This document shows, one piece after another, positions 1 to 13,918 of a stretch of DNA of 64,000 bases. Location of the stretch: assembly GCA_046563655.1 (NCBI GenBank), contig CM102290.1:8432001-8496000 (forward strand), in the 5' to 3' direction. Below the pieces are notes generated by a model, which worked only from the letters and a program-made list of their open reading frames with translations, did not search any database and was not told the DNA's origin. The stretch comes from Yuukianura sp. NJ FZ-2021 (Eukaryota). Both the position numbers and the translations under genes were made by a program. How positions within the stretch are numbered: the stretch's first letter is position 1; each line of letters begins with the position of its first letter.

Positions 1-28
1 TTATTTATATATTTGTATTTTTGTTTAG

Positions 29-3000
29 GAATTGGAAGAAGCTCTTCTGACAGACTCAGTGGAAGAAGTAGGAAGTGGACTGCTGCAGGATCTCATTGTT
101 CGTCTCCTCAAAGGTTCATTTAATGTCCAGCAAGATGAAATCACTACGTCCAACTATGAAATGTTTCTTCGTCGCCTCTTCCGCGCCAAGTGTGAAGTAA
201 GGCATTAATTGAAAAGTTATTTAATTTAATTGATGAGTTAGCTAACCTAAAATATAAGTCAAACATGATAAGATAAATTATTTGTTGTAGGTTGACGTAA
301 CAAGAAAGAATCCATTTGATAGCGACGTCGCCTTCTTCTCGCTTCCGCTTCGAACAAAAGTTGAAATTTTGAATGACCTTTGTGACTATCGACTCGATGC
401 GGATGATATTACAGAGCTTTTGAAAGTACGTTTTCAATAATTAAATTCTCAGAAGTTTAAAAATTTGTTGAAACAGGCTATTTTTTTTGGTTTAATAGTC
501 TATTGAAGCAGAATCTTTACGTGTGGAACCCCTCGGGCAAGACTCTGGTGGGAGCACTTACTGGTACTTTTATGGTACTCGACTTTATCGCGAAGACTAT
601 CATACAATTCACAAAGTAAGTAATGAAAGACACTGAATTTTTTAAAGTTAAATTTTTTGATAACATATCGAGTTCATTCAAAAACAGTTTTTTGAGTTAA
701 TGCGGTTGTTCTTTATTGGGAAACGTTTTTAGAGTCCCCCAAAGAAACGCGGACGGAAAGTTGAAGAGCGAACAGTCTCCAAGTGGCAAGTCGTTTGCTT
801 CACTGAAGAGGACTGGCATCTCCTTACCTCCAAATTTCAAAACTGTAAACACAAAGACGAACGCAACTTGTACACAACTCTACGGGAAGACTTTTTACCC
901 GAACTTTCTCGGTTGTTTGCCGAAAAGGAGCGCGTTATGCGCAAAAGAATGATGGACAAACAACTTCGACGATCTCGAAAGGAATCTCCGCCTCCAACGG
1001 CTCACACACTTTCTTCAGAAGATGACGAGGCCCTTAGAAAGCAGCGAATAGAACAGGAAGAAGCTGATAGAAAGTTGGCAGAGGAAATTCAGCGACTTGA
1101 GCGAACTACTGGACGGGACTTGAGAGAACGTCGTGGTGGGAATCGGTCGCTGTCGTCTCCTCTGTCTGTCAGTTCGCCCAAACCAGTGTCACAACAAAAG
1201 CGAAGGAAAGAAGACGGATCAGGTGGAAGTGGACGGATGACGAACAATTCCATGTCGGCTCTCCTTGGACGGAAAGGACGAGATGATGATGATGAGGACG
1301 ACGACGATGCGGATGACGTGGACAGTGATGGTAGCGATGTTAAAGTCCAGCAAAAGAAGGTGCCTAAGAAGGTTGTCAAGGAGAAGAAAGGTCAAGTGAC
1401 TTCTAAAACTGGCAGTTCAAAAACGAAAGTCAAGAGTTCCATAGTGTAAGTTCATTTTTTGAATTATGAATTTGGAACAAAAAATAATAATAAAAATGGA
1501 TGATTTTTTTTTTGCAGATTTTCGGCGACGGAAGAAGACATTCAAATTGGAATGCACAAAGTCATTGAGTATGTCAAAGGTCATCGAGATGCTTGGCCAT
1601 TTATTGGTCCAGTTGATGAAGACTACGCACCCAATTACTACAAAGTAATCAAACAACCAATGGATCTACAAACAATTGAAGACAAATTGGATAATCACGA
1701 ATATGTAACACTGGATCAGTTCAGAAGTGATTTCCAACTTGTTGTTCTCAACTGTCACAAGTACAATGGAGATTCGTCAGGTAAAAGAAAACCGTCAAAA
1801 ACAATTCTTTACGCATTATGATCAAAGTTTCAAAGTCAAAGTTTTGGTATGCGCCGTTTTGGAAATGACTTTGAATATTGAATTTTAGTTTTATGATTTT
1901 TTTTTCTTCTTGTGTTTTCCAGAGTATACAGAAATGGTGGATAATTTAGAGAAAGCTTTCCACAAGTCAATCACGCGATTCATACTACCTGATGAATCTG
2001 ACGAGGAAATCAGTGTAGAGTACACATCGACACACGAAAGAAAAAAGCCGCGTCTAAGTCAACCCAGAGTTTCCGTCTCCGAAGACAACAAATTTCCACG
2101 ACCACCACCACGACAGACAACTCCGCTCCCAATGCTACCACCAAAGGTAAGGCAAACTTATGTTCAGGATTTAAACTCAAACTGAATCATGCAGAACATG
2201 AACTCATACATTTTTAAACACGAAACGTTTTTCGAACAAGGGGAAAAGTAATAGGCCTAATTTGTTTCGAACAAAACAATTCTGTCAAAGAACATTTTGA
2301 ATTTCTAGTGTTGTTATAGTTTGGTCCGTTCGGCAAGCATCTGTATGTGGTTTGATTTTGACTGTGTTTTAATTATTTTGATTTTTGATTGTATTTATTT
2401 TGTGGAACGTAATTAATTTTTTTGTTTTGTTTTAGGTGAAGATCATAGAGGAGGTTGTGACGGCATCTCCGCCGAGAAAGAAGAGAAAGAAGAAGAAGAG
2501 TAGCAAAGGATTGGGTGAGAAAGGGAAAGGAATGAGATCTGACATGGAGAATTCGGAAGATGAAGTTGAATTTAAGAAAAGACCAAAGGAAAGTAGTCAC
2601 CACAAGAAGGGCAAGGGAGTCGAGAAGGAGAAGTTGAAGGAGAGACCAATCCAGAAAGAAATGGATCCCAAGGATCGTCCAATGAAGAAACGTCCTAGAG
2701 AACTAACGCCACCGAACTCCCCAGTCATGAGAACGCGATCTCCGTCTCCACCGACGTCCAAGTATCAACACCATCGACATGGACACCATCACCACCACAA
2801 ACACTCCAAATCTCATGAAAGGGGACACAAAGACAAGGAAAAGAGCAGTAAGTGATTTTAACATAACTATAACCAATCTTAAGTTAAAGTTTAACTTTAC
2901 CTAATTCAGACAATTCGGAGTTCGAAGTGTGGAACTGACTTTTTTGTTTTCTTATAGGAAACGATCAGCTGTTGAGAAGGTCACCACCACCGTGGAAAAC

Positions 3001-5792
3001 AAAACCTTCAAATCATCATGACAAAGCAGATCAAAAAATTGTTGTTACTCCTTCCATTCAAACTGTTCCGATTCCTCAAGTGACAACAGCTCCAGTCCAC
3101 CATGGTCATGGACACGGGCATGGTCAAGGTCAAATCAAGAAGCAGGAAAAGTCAAAGGTCAAGAAGAGTTCAATCGCGTCAACTCTTCTGGGTTTCAAGA
3201 GCCCAAACTTATTGAATATGAAGCGACTTCAAGTGGGGAAAGCAACAAAGTTTAAGATAAAGTCTTCACCGGCCACTTCATCGCAAGAGGATAAAAGTGG
3301 CAAGGAAGTTCTGAATTCCGGAGGGAGTTCAAATGTCAACAAGGGGGACGAAACGCAACAGGAGAAGAAGAGGTGTTTACTTCTAAATGAAAATTCGTCC
3401 CAACGTCTCAGTTTCGGTACAGTTCTTCCCAAGCATGCGTTGCCACTACGAGATTTTAAGGCCAACAGATCCGATGACGATGACATTGTAGATTCCGAAC
3501 CCCTTCCACAGAATCCTACTCAGGAAGAGATACTTGAACGACTTGAGAAAACGTTTGGTGCTTCCTTGGCTCGAACTACGAAAGATCAACTGGCCAAGGT
3601 CATCCTTGCTCCAGAAACGCCGCTAGAACCCCCCAAACCCCCGGTAACGGAGGAGGAAGATGAAAAGAATTCGTCAAGGTTAGAACTTTCGAAGGGGTTC
3701 AACCGTGAAAAGTCTCTCCCGAATCTCTCCGCTTGGTTCAAAGCATTTGGTGCACCGAAACTCAATAGTCCGACGAACGGCGGAGGAGGAAGCGGACCAA
3801 TAGAAAAAGAGGCCGAAACTCCAACTACTCCTAAACCAACCAAATTCAGTCTCATGGGACGCTGCATCGGAGATAAAGAATCACCAAAAGGAACTCCACC
3901 AAAATTTAATCAAGTTCGAACCAATCAGGCTCCGCCTCCAGCTAAAGAAGAAGGCTTAACCAACGAAGAGCCACCACCAACACAGCCACCTCCCTCATCT
4001 GCCCCACCGCAACAACCAAAAGAGGAAGAATCTTCGGAACCACCAGCAGCCGATAGAGAACGGCGCATGAGCACTTCTTCCCTGTCGTCCCAGTCGGAAG
4101 TAGGTTCACCCAATGTCTTTCCAGCGACTGGAAGCGATGGGCCTGGAGGAGCTCCAAGGTGGGTAGAGAATCGAGCAGAAGCTTGGGTAACTGGATCTCC
4201 TTCGGCATCTTCTCAAGTCAGTTCTCAGTCACCGGCAGGGCCAAATTCACCGTTTTCTCCCCCAATCAACTCTCCACCAACGCCACAAACTCCACCAAGA
4301 CCCACCGCCCCTGTCCGTGTTGGATTCTATCAAGATTACTCTGTTCACTCCAGTCCAGAAAAATCAACGGATCCGAATTCACCCGTAAATGTCACGTCTC
4401 CAGCGACTCCTCCTCCATCAAATTATAATGCCCGGAACTATCATACGCCATACGGAACGACTTCACCTTCTCTAAAACAAGATGAATCTCCAGTACAATC
4501 ACCGCAGTACACTCTACTCCGACCAGCATATGATGCTGGACGTGGGTCAGGACCTAGCAAAGACCCACCTCCACCGGCACAAGCTCCGCCTCCCCCAGCG
4601 TATGGTCTTTTCCCAGAAGCAGCCCATTCTGCTTCAGCGAGATACTCGCTGAGTACTCCAGCAGCTGCCCACGCCAATGCTGAACCGCAAGCGGCTCATC
4701 AGTACGCCAGAGAAAGTCCAGCGTACAGTCACGGTCGTGTGGGAGTCAATGGACAACATTATGGAAATCCAACGTACAACACACCACCACCACGACCAAT
4801 GAATCTGTACAATCCGAACGAGCGGTTTTACAAGTCGGAAGGACTCGGCTTGTCCATTTTATCTACGGCAGCTGCCGTGTCCACGTCAACTCCAACGGTT
4901 ACGAGCAGCAACCAAAGCGGCAAAAGTAGCAGGAAAGACAAAGAGGCCCAGAAACAGCAGCAACAACAACAGCAACAAGTGGAACAGCTGACGACGGTGA
5001 ATGGGTTCCAGTGGCCACATAACTTGGCCAGTCTCACGCAAATTGTCAACTCCATTCCAAATGCAATGACGAGTTACATGAATGCTCCGCCGCATGCTCA
5101 TACGCATTATGCCCATGAAGCTGCTCATGGCTACACAAGTCTGGGCAATAACGGGAGAGTCGTGGAACCGCAGAAGAGTGAGAGCAGTGTCAGTGCAGCG
5201 GCGAGTCCAGCACCGTCTGGAAGGAGGTCGACGGGATCCAAGGGAAATGCTGAATCAAAATCTAGCACTCGGTAAGAACGTTTCCAAAAAACTTTAGAAC
5301 TTTTATAAAACGGTTACTTACCATGAAATTCTGGATTACAGGGGCGGAGGATCCAAGAATCGTGCGGCTGAAGGGTCGAGTACAGGTTCAACAACTGGAA
5401 TTGTTCCTGGAAGCGCCTTCAACTTCTCCCTAAGTACCCCAGAGTTGGCCCTTTACTCCAAAGAAATGAATGAGTACAACAGCAGTCAGCCGAGCATTGC
5501 GCATGCTCATCATAGAAGTGACCTCTACTCCTCCCCCTCTCCAACATTCCACCCGTCCTTCCCTCCGGCGGGGTCATCGGGACGCGGAACGTCGTCGTAT
5601 CAACTGGGAGCCTTCCATCCGTCAGCCTACCAAGGGGCCACGACTCCACAGAATTATTCAACAACCCCTCGGGGTATGGTTGACCCCTACCAAGGGCTCT
5701 TCCAGGGAAGTCCACACGTCATGGGCCTTTACCCGCCGCCCTACCCCCACCCCCACTCTCTCCCATTTCCTAATCGTCCCGGATGGATTTAG
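29..5792 (+). CDS. CECR2: CECR2/dikar-like chromatin-remodelling bromodomain protein, 5'-partial, 9 exons in window (~1598 aa)
   Basis: GT-AG exons join in frame: 29-196, 291-425, 499-615, 733-1445, 1518-1780, 1923-2146, 2436-2847, 2958-5271, 5342-5792. N-terminal motifs ELEEALL...[22 protein letters not shown] and LRVEPLGQD...[13 protein letters not shown] match CECR2. Bromodomain [29 protein letters not shown]...NCHKYNG. Long low-complexity C-terminus. Confidence 0.9.
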
Positions 5793-6282
5793 AAACATAA
5801 CTTTAGGATATAAAGTTAGAGGGTTAGAAAAACTTAGTAGATGGACGTTTAGAACAAATTTTAGACAAACTTTGACGACACTTTGACAGTGGACACTTAA
5901 AACTTGTAGATTTGACTCACTTAGTACAGTGGCTGTTACACAATATACTACTACTCTTTACCTGTGTAGATGTTGACTTTAAAGTAAACAATCGGATAGA
6001 ATGATCTTATCAAAACTGAAATTGGCACCAAATTGTTAATTTTGGTTACTAGGTGAGTTTGGTTTCGTCGTTAGGTTAGAGGCTAGAGGCCATCTCAACG
6101 GAAGGGTTTTATTGACAGTCGCTCTCTGGAATTGAGAAGTAGAGATACAAAATATTTGAAAATCTAATAATTTTTAAACTGAAAAGATTCAAGGCAAATG
6201 GCGCAGGTATTTTTTTACGAATTTGTGAAGAAGACTAATCCTGTGACGGATGATGATTAAAAGTAGTAACTTGAGCTTAAAA

Positions 6283-7794
6283 TCATAAGGAGGGCGTTAG
6301 TAGATGAGATCCTAAAATACCAGTACAAATTATCCAGCCGATGTGACGATTGGCTTTGAATCGAGCAGAACAGTTTTCACGGTTGTTGATATCCACAGTC
6401 CAGATCTGTTTCAGAATGAGGTATATAAGTTGCAATTCAAGTTAGGAAATTTGTTTAACTTAATTAAGTTGATACTTTGATTGGATGACTTACTTGCCAA
6501 GCAAGATGAGAAGCTACAATGGACAAGGAAGTAAAATATGGCCACGAAAGATCACTCAGTATTCCACTGACAGTGAAGGCTGAAATCATCGCTGATCCAA
6601 ACCCTGTCAACCAAATCTTCGTCTTATCACCAAACTTCCTTGCAGTTGAGCCAAGACCGAGAAGAGAGTCGTCTTCACGATCCTACATTTCAAAATTACG
6701 TAAGTAATTTGTCGAAAAAATATCTCAAATGGAACGTTTTGAAAACGGTGAAGGCTTTTTTATTGTTTTTCGAAAACCACTTATTACCTGATGAGCATAG
6801 ATTGTGTCGTACAGAAGTGTCCAAGCCAGAGCACCGCCATACATTGACAGCACGGCTGGATTAAGCCAAGGAATAGCCGAATACCCCAAGTTAGCTCCAA
6901 CCGCTGCAGTGTAGCCAAATAAAATACCAGTATTGAAGGTGAGGCCTAAGATCCCTTGGGGCCAGTTCGTAAATCGCTTCGCCAGAGGGTAGAGGACGAC
7001 GAGACCAAGGGAAGCGATTCCCAGTGAAAGACAAGGGGCTGGAAGTTGAAGTAGAATGAGGAAGGACAGAGAGAGCTGCAGTCCCATCCACCCAATGGCT
7101 TCTTTGACATTGAGTTGCTTAGATGCCAAGGGGCGACCCCTTGTCCTTGATACTTTGGCATCAATTCGTCTGTCCCACATGTCGTTGATTGTACATCCAG
7201 CACCACGCATCAGAAAAGCACCGAGTCCAAATAGACCAATTAGTTCCAGCGAAGGGACACCGGATGATCCTAGACTTAACCCCCATGTGCATGGCCAAAA
7301 TAGGAGCCACGTTCCTGGAAGCAACGACATTCACATTATGTTAGTATCAAAAGTAAATTATTATGTAAAAGCATTGCAGAAAACATCGATGTTGGTAAAA
7401 TTGAGATCAGGAGTCCTAATTCAGGAACATATAAATGGTTTTACCAATGGGAGCGTCTATTCTGGATAACCTCAAATATGGTTGCAGTTTCAAGGGTGCT
7501 GCAAGGACGATTTTGTGAGAGAGGCTGACTCTATCCTGACCATTGTTCTAGAATGAATTCAAAAGGTCAAGGTTCATTCCAATGATTTACACCAGTAGGT
7601 TAAAACTTTCACCATGTAACACTACCACCAGTCCTTGAGAAACTTACATTGTATGTCGATACTACTCTTGCCAACTGAGATGGAACTAAGAAACGATTTG
7701 TAGGATGTATACACTGTAGGCTCTTCCAGCTTAAGTTAATCCTGGAGAAAAGAACAGTTCTCAAGCTTATGAAAGTTTTAAAGTACTTCGTCAT
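6283..7794 (-). CDS. COQ2: 4-hydroxybenzoate polyprenyltransferase, mitochondrial (UbiA family)
   Basis: Exons ~7794-76xx (basic, hydroxylated targeting-like peptide; donor uncertain), 7547-7445 (QPYLRLSRIDAPIG), 7314-6788, 6682-6494, 6405-6283. UbiA Asp-rich motifs MRGAGCTINDMWDRRIDAKVSRT and YDTIYAHQDREDD are present. Confidence 0.93.
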
Positions 7795-9470
7795 TTGATT
7801 AATTTTTTTCGTTACCTCTTCAAATCATGCCACAAAAAACGGTGTGCCAAAGCCATTTGGATAAACTGATTTCCTTAAAAATGGAGTGCTGACGAGGCCC
7901 TGATGGATAACGTTTCGCCTCTTATGCTTCGACTAAAGATACAAAGAGAATGACTTCGATGATAATATTCGATTGGTCATCTTCAGAAGGTAACGGTGAC
8001 GTAACGGTAATCGCAGACACAGTACACTGCAAATGGCAACTCTAACTTATGCGGCATCAATAGACACTCATTAATCAGTTTTAATTGTTAAGTAATGTAA
8101 TTGACCTTAGGTTAATCGTTCGTTACTGGACTTTACTGAGATTTGATGAAACGTTGAAGTAGAAGTCCTAAAAACATATGATTCTTTTTCAAAACCAAAA
8201 CAAATATAATTTTTAGAAAATCTCCCTGATTTTACCGCCTTTTCTTGAAAAAACAAACTTGAACAAAAATTCGTTTGTTGGCGTTTGTTGCTACCTTATG
8301 AGGACGAAATTTTTATGTCTAAAAATTTGTTTCGATGAATTTGGGATTTGGAAATTGAAAGTGAGTGCTGAAAATCTTCAAATGTCTTTCGATTTCGAAT
8401 ATCGTTTCAAAGATTCGAAAATCACTGTAAGATTTTAAAAACTTAAACTATAAAGCAATTTACGTTGTTTAGTTCCCTTGAAATACTGTGTGCCTTTCAG
8501 CAGTTAGACTATACTAAATTGCATTGAATGAAAACGGAATCCAAATTTTTAATTTTTTTTTGTTTATGTAAATTCCATTTTTAATTTTGAAACTTTACTT
8601 TTTTCTTCGCTGGAGAACAATAGAATTGGCGTGAGAAAAGTCATCGTTTAGGTTAGTATTTATCCTATTTATCGTTTCAATAAAAACCAAAACTGGGCGG
8701 GTGAGAACTTTTTAGTTTATGACGTCAAATGTACGAAAAGTTAACCTATTAATTAGGCCAATTTTTAACCTTAACTTAACCGACTCCACACAACCTAATC
8801 CAGCCTCCTGACAACAACACTTTTCCAATGACAATGATACATTGAATTAATATTTCAAAAGCGATGCAGTTGAAATTCGTTTTATGTCGGCGGAGATCAA
8901 AACCAGATCAAACATCCTAAAATCCATTTGAAAATCAAACAGCATATCAAGCAACATATTTGAAAAGTACAACATGAGTAATGCTTTTCGTGTTACTAAA
9001 ATAAGTTAGGTTAGGGATTAGCTGAGGTCATCAATAGAGGATAATGCAAAGCCTCGAGGCATCAAATCAAACCGCATGTCACATCAATCATGTCAAGTGA
9101 TATGATTAAACACGTTTCAATGTTTCCGAAAAAGGAGAGAAAAATTTAATTTTCAAATTTTGAAACAATTTGAGATTCTGATTTGTGTCGTATTCCTTCC
9201 GTACACCATTTTATTTGCTCCAAAATACGGAACTTAATTATGAGACAAAAGAGAGCTGTACATACACCGTCCTACCGAAACTTCCCCCCACCACTTAATC
9301 CTACATGTACTTTGGCATTAGTTAATTAATCACAATTATAATAAGTTAATTAACCACATGTAATTGAAAACATTAAATTTAAACACAAGGCGTACACATA
9401 CATGCTAACAAAATTAAAACTGGGATTTCGTTACTATCAATTTTTAGATTTTCAGAAAACACGCGTCAGA

Positions 9471-10070
9471 GAAAGGAAAAGGGCCAAAACCCTATCAAAA
9501 GTCTGGTTGGTTGTAATCGAATGAAATTTTTACCAGTTGTTAAGATCGATATGGGAGTCATCTCTGCAAATTTCCAGCCATCTAAAAACGAAGGGTCACA
9601 GGTCACGGGGGGTCAAAGGTCACCATGTCATTCCATGACAACCCCCTACAAATAGCATATCATTGGAAAGCCCTTGATGTGCTGATTCAGAAAATGTATA
9701 CATGTTGCTATCTACGATGTTAAGCAACAAAGTTATGGCGACCTAAAGTATGAATCACGTGTTCCATTCGAGTTTCACTCGACGACTGCGACACGCGTCA
9801 CGCTGTAGCTCTGTTGCTCAACGTCGTAGATAGCAACATGTATACATTTTCTGAATCAGCACATCAAGGGCTTTCCAATGATATGCTATTTGTATGGGGT
9901 TGTCATGGAATGACATGGTGACCTTTGACCCCCCGTAACCCGTGACCCTTCGTTTCTAGGGGGCTGAAAATTTGCAAAAATGATCCCAATATTGATCTTA
10001 ACATGTGGTAAAAATTTTGTTCGATTGCCACCAACCAGACTTTTGATAGGGTTTTGGCCCTTCTCCTTTC
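9471..10070. mobile_element. Fold-back/MITE-like element, ~600 bp, with ~270-bp inverted arms
   Basis: GAAAGGAAAAGGGCCAAAACCCTATCAAAAGTCTGG... at 9471 is mirrored by ...CCAGACTTTTGATAGGGTTTTGGCCCTTCTCCTTTC ending at 10070. The inner ~115 bp of the arms differ at about 2 positions. No ORF. Confidence 0.8.
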
Positions 10071-10230
10071 ATTAACTAAGTTTTCTAGAGAAGTTGAATT
10101 CTTATGGTGAGAATCTTAACAACAAGGTTCAAATTTTTCAAAGTTTTGACTTTGATTTCATTTACTCCTATTTTTTAGAAACGAATTTTGAAGGTAGAGA
10201 GAGAAAATGTTGAAGAAAATATTTTTGGAT

Positions 10231-10746
10231 TTAGTTAACAGTGCCGTAGTCCGTGAGTGGTTCTCTGGAGGCGGAGCCAGCATCAGCTGACGACCCCAAC
10301 TTCCACCCTCCTACAACAGTACCCCCGCCACCCCCAGTGCTAAAGTAGAAGGGTGGGTCTTCCGACCCACCGCCGTTTCCACCCCCACGACCCAGCCGAA
10401 TGAAGTTATTTTGTCTCGGGTTCTCTCGGCCGAGCCGAATGAAATTATTTTTCTTATTGGCTAGTGTCCTGCTGCTGTCACTACTGCGACCAAATCGAAT
10501 AAAGTTCTCAGCTCGACTCTCCCGCGGTCTAAGTGTCCAGGGCAACCATGATGCTGGAACTTGACCTTGACCGCCCGTGACCCCTGGCCAGTAGATGGAG
10601 CTGTCACGTGAAGTCCCGCTCAAGTCCACATCTGAGCCGTCTACCCCGGATTGCCAAGTTGCAAAAGAGCGGGAGCAGGCTGACGGGGAAGCGAAGGTGA
10701 TCACAGCAAGGATGGCTGCCAACGCCATGCCTTCACAACGTTTCAT
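10231..10746 (-). CDS. FMRFamide-like (FIRFamide/FIRLamide) neuropeptide precursor, 171 aa, single coding exon
   Basis: Acceptor TTTTCAG immediately precedes the ATG at 10746. Hydrophobic signal peptide (MALAAILAVITFASPSACS). Three paracopies with Gly-Arg amidation/cleavage signals: R-AENFIRF-GR, KK-NNFIRL-GR, R-(ENPR)QNNFIRL-GR. Confidence 0.88.
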   Translation of the reverse strand: MKRCEGMALAAILAVITFASPSACSRSFATWQSGVDGSDVDLSGTSRDSSIYWPGVTGGQGQVPASWLPWTLRPRESRAENFIRFGRSSDSSRTLANKKNNFIRLGRENPRQNNFIRLGRGGGNGGGSEDPPFYFSTGGGGGTVVGGWKLGSSADAGSASREPLTDYGTVN

Positions 10747-13700
10747 TCTGAAAACCAAAAGCAAAATTTTCTAAACTCAAAACTTACAATGTCGTTTTGA
10801 ACATAAATGTACTTTAAAAACTTGACATTCCAAACCGAATTCGATTAGGTTAACGTAACCAACCCGGACACGCACCACTCTAGCTATAAACCATAACCAT
10901 TAGCAGTCCCACTTTGAAGTTTCCAATCCTCATTTTGGCACAAAACCATTGAGCATTTGTTCTATTATTCAAAGTATCACCATTTAAAAAAAAACGCATT
11001 TGAACACGTTTTAAAACGTGTCTCAAACGGAGACTAAAATAGAAACTGAAAACTGAAAATCAATACAATGTGGAAACTGAAAACTGAAAATCGTGAAAAC
11101 ATGAAACCAGATTGATGACAAAAAATTGTCAAAATCCTGGAACTCACATTCCTAATTACTTGAAACATGACAATTAAAAACTCCACTCCAAAATACAGTG
11201 TTTGATTTCTAGAAAACCTCTTCCTCTTCAACTAAAAATAGAATAAGGTGTTCTGCGGATACGCCCCGCCTAAAACCGAATTAGTGCATTTCAAGTCCAT
11301 TGAGTAACAAGTGAATTTGCGTAATTTTATTTATTTTGCATCAACTTCCCATCCGGAAACTTACCTTTACAAAATCGTTCATGAATATTCAAAACTCAGT
11401 TTTAGCATCTTCCCTTCAGCAAAAATTTTACGTTTGAAATAACATCTCGAAGCCTTTTTTCGAAATGTTACACAAATAAAATCATGTACCAGTTGGACTA
11501 CTTTGAATTTTTAAATTTATAAAATGTACTATCAAAAATTAACACAACACCAAACACAATTGAAACCAAAAACACTTCGCATTTCACAGGCATCGGAAAC
11601 GCTAGCACTAAAAAGGGTTCAAAAGTGAGAATTTTCAAGGTTGTTCAAAATTGTCTAGAATTGTGTTCAATCAAAACACACCCATAAAAAAAGTTTTTAT
11701 CTGGGTCGCATCTTCAAAAACAAACTCTTTGAATGGCAAGTGAAAGTTGAAGTCGTGAAGATGTACGATACTACAGTACCAACTTAAGAACCAAAAAAGT
11801 GTCAACGGTAACACACAAATGAAGACATATCAAAATTTTTGGAAAACAAAAGTTTACGAAATCTAGTTCAAAGTTAATATATTATAAACCTAGCTAAGTA
11901 ACGTTCAAAACTATTTTCAGTTTCAAGTTTTCTAGGAAATTCTGAAGTTTGAAAATATCACGAAATTTCGGAATTGCAAAGCTAAGGAAATTTTTAAAAT
12001 TATACAATTCTGTTGTGAATTTTGAACCTGTGAAATTATGCTTCATTGTGACCTCTTGACCTGACCTGTAAAAATTAAGAGTCTGGATAGGTCATGCCCA
12101 TTGGGTTGTTATTGTTAGTTGAAAAATTAATTTATTCTTGTATCAGGTCATGCATGAGTGAGTGGATTTCGGTTGAATGGGGATTCTGAGAAGTGGGGGT
12201 GTTTGTCTGGCGGGAGATCTGAAGAAGATGGTTTCTTATCGTGGCCATCGGCCCATTCCGGTCCAAATGAAGTCTGGCTTTTGTCCATTTCATGGCCCAT
12301 GGACACTGGGCCTCTTCCAGAAGTGGACTCCCGGGAATTCAACTTACTTTCCAAAATACGCGCCACTTTGAGTCCAAAGCAAACCATGTCGTCATGTCCA
12401 AACCATCTTTATTCCTTCCAATTCAATTCCACCCAACTTCATCACTTCCTCCAAGGTTAACGAGTCACATAGCGCAAACTATGTTATCACGTCTGCGGGG
12501 GCGGGATTTTCAAATTTTATGCCATCTCTTCTCTGGGAGCGGAAGTTTCAAATCTTACCTACAAGACAGTTTTTGTGGGAATATCAAGAACTACGTCATC
12601 ACTTAAGAGATTTGGATCCGTATATTATGTAATATGCGTTATACGGTACACTACGTTATGTTACAGTGCGATACGTTACACTTTACATTACGTACAACAT
12701 TTTGTTACAGAAAATATTTAGGCTAAGCTATGTTTTGCCTTACCAACATTATGAACATACTCGGTTTATCTAGCATTATTTTTTCGGTATGCTATGAAGT
12801 ACTTCGTTGTTTCTGTTCACACTATTCTTAATGCACCGTACAAAAGTCAATTCTGTTGTGTTTAGTTTCTGTAGCATAACTACCAGACATGTTCAAGTAT
12901 GCTTCCAGGAGATTCCTTTACTTTGCTTACTATACTTAGCATAAGCTACGTTTATGTTCTGCTATCAATATCTCTTGACTCTACATGTGATGTAAGTTAC
13001 ATAATGTTTAATGTAACCTTGTATAATTTTTTTAGCTTAAATTGTATTTGTGCCTAAAATAGTGTGTTGATCCAAGTTTTCCATTAGTTTTCCTTTGCAT
13101 TTGACGTACGTTGTACCCACTGGGACTTTAGTTGGTATAATGCCATTGTTCTACCTGTCCCACACCATGAACCTTAAAGTTGTCGTCTATGCTAATTTTA
13201 ATGGGATTTTGAGTACCGTCACCAGGAATCGCACCGAATTCGGATTTTAATAAAAAGTGTAATACCCTAGAGAAAACAGCTAACCAATAAATTTCATCCT
13301 GTTTTCGTTTTCCCACATGCATCACTCCTCGAAAACATCAATAAGTCTTAATAGACTTTTCTTAAGCAAATCATGCAAATTTTAACTAACTTTTCCAAAA
13401 TTCTAAAAAGTTGGGAGGAAATTAACACCCCTTTATCACTTTTTAAATTTCAAAGTTCCAACTTTAGCGAACTTTTTTTTTAAATTTTTTAGAAGAAAAA
13501 TTAAAATTTTGGAGGTTAGGTTAGATAATCATTTCGAAAAAAGAAATGGGGTGGGAGTGTCCTTTTTGAAAATGAATAATAAACACTATTGTTTTTCGAA
13601 GCGGCGAAAACACACAGTTCAAAAAACATTGGGATTAAGAAACGAAAGACGAAACACATTTACGTTTCGTTTCTTTTAAAAAAAATGAGATAGGTCAAGG

Positions 13701-13789
13701 TCACCTGAACACTGTTTCAAAACAGGTTAGGTAAACCCAGCCCCCTACAATCAGCCTTCTTAGCAACCAATGCAGTTTTTTGTTTGAGA

Positions 13790-13918
13790 CGTCAGGCGTT
13801 GAAAAATACCGGAATTCGGGGAGTTATGATGATATCCTATAGAAACCCGTACACCGTTTGAGCTGCTTATATAAGCGCCTGGGACTTTAACGATTACGGT
13901 ATTTTTTCAACGCGTGAC
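13790..13918. repeat. Short inverted-repeat (MITE-like) element
   Basis: GTCAGGCGTTGAAAAATACCG versus CGGTATTTTTTCAACGCGTGAC in inverted orientation. Confidence 0.45.

Noticed and set aside
1089..5715. Antisense and alternative-frame ORFs over the CECR2-like gene
   Set aside because: Shadow ORFs of low-complexity coding sequence.
12148..12606. GC-richer patch with overlapping ORFs and a plus-strand acceptor near 12146
   Set aside because: No recognisable homology or consistent exon chain. It could be a decayed exon or TE fragment but cannot be supported.
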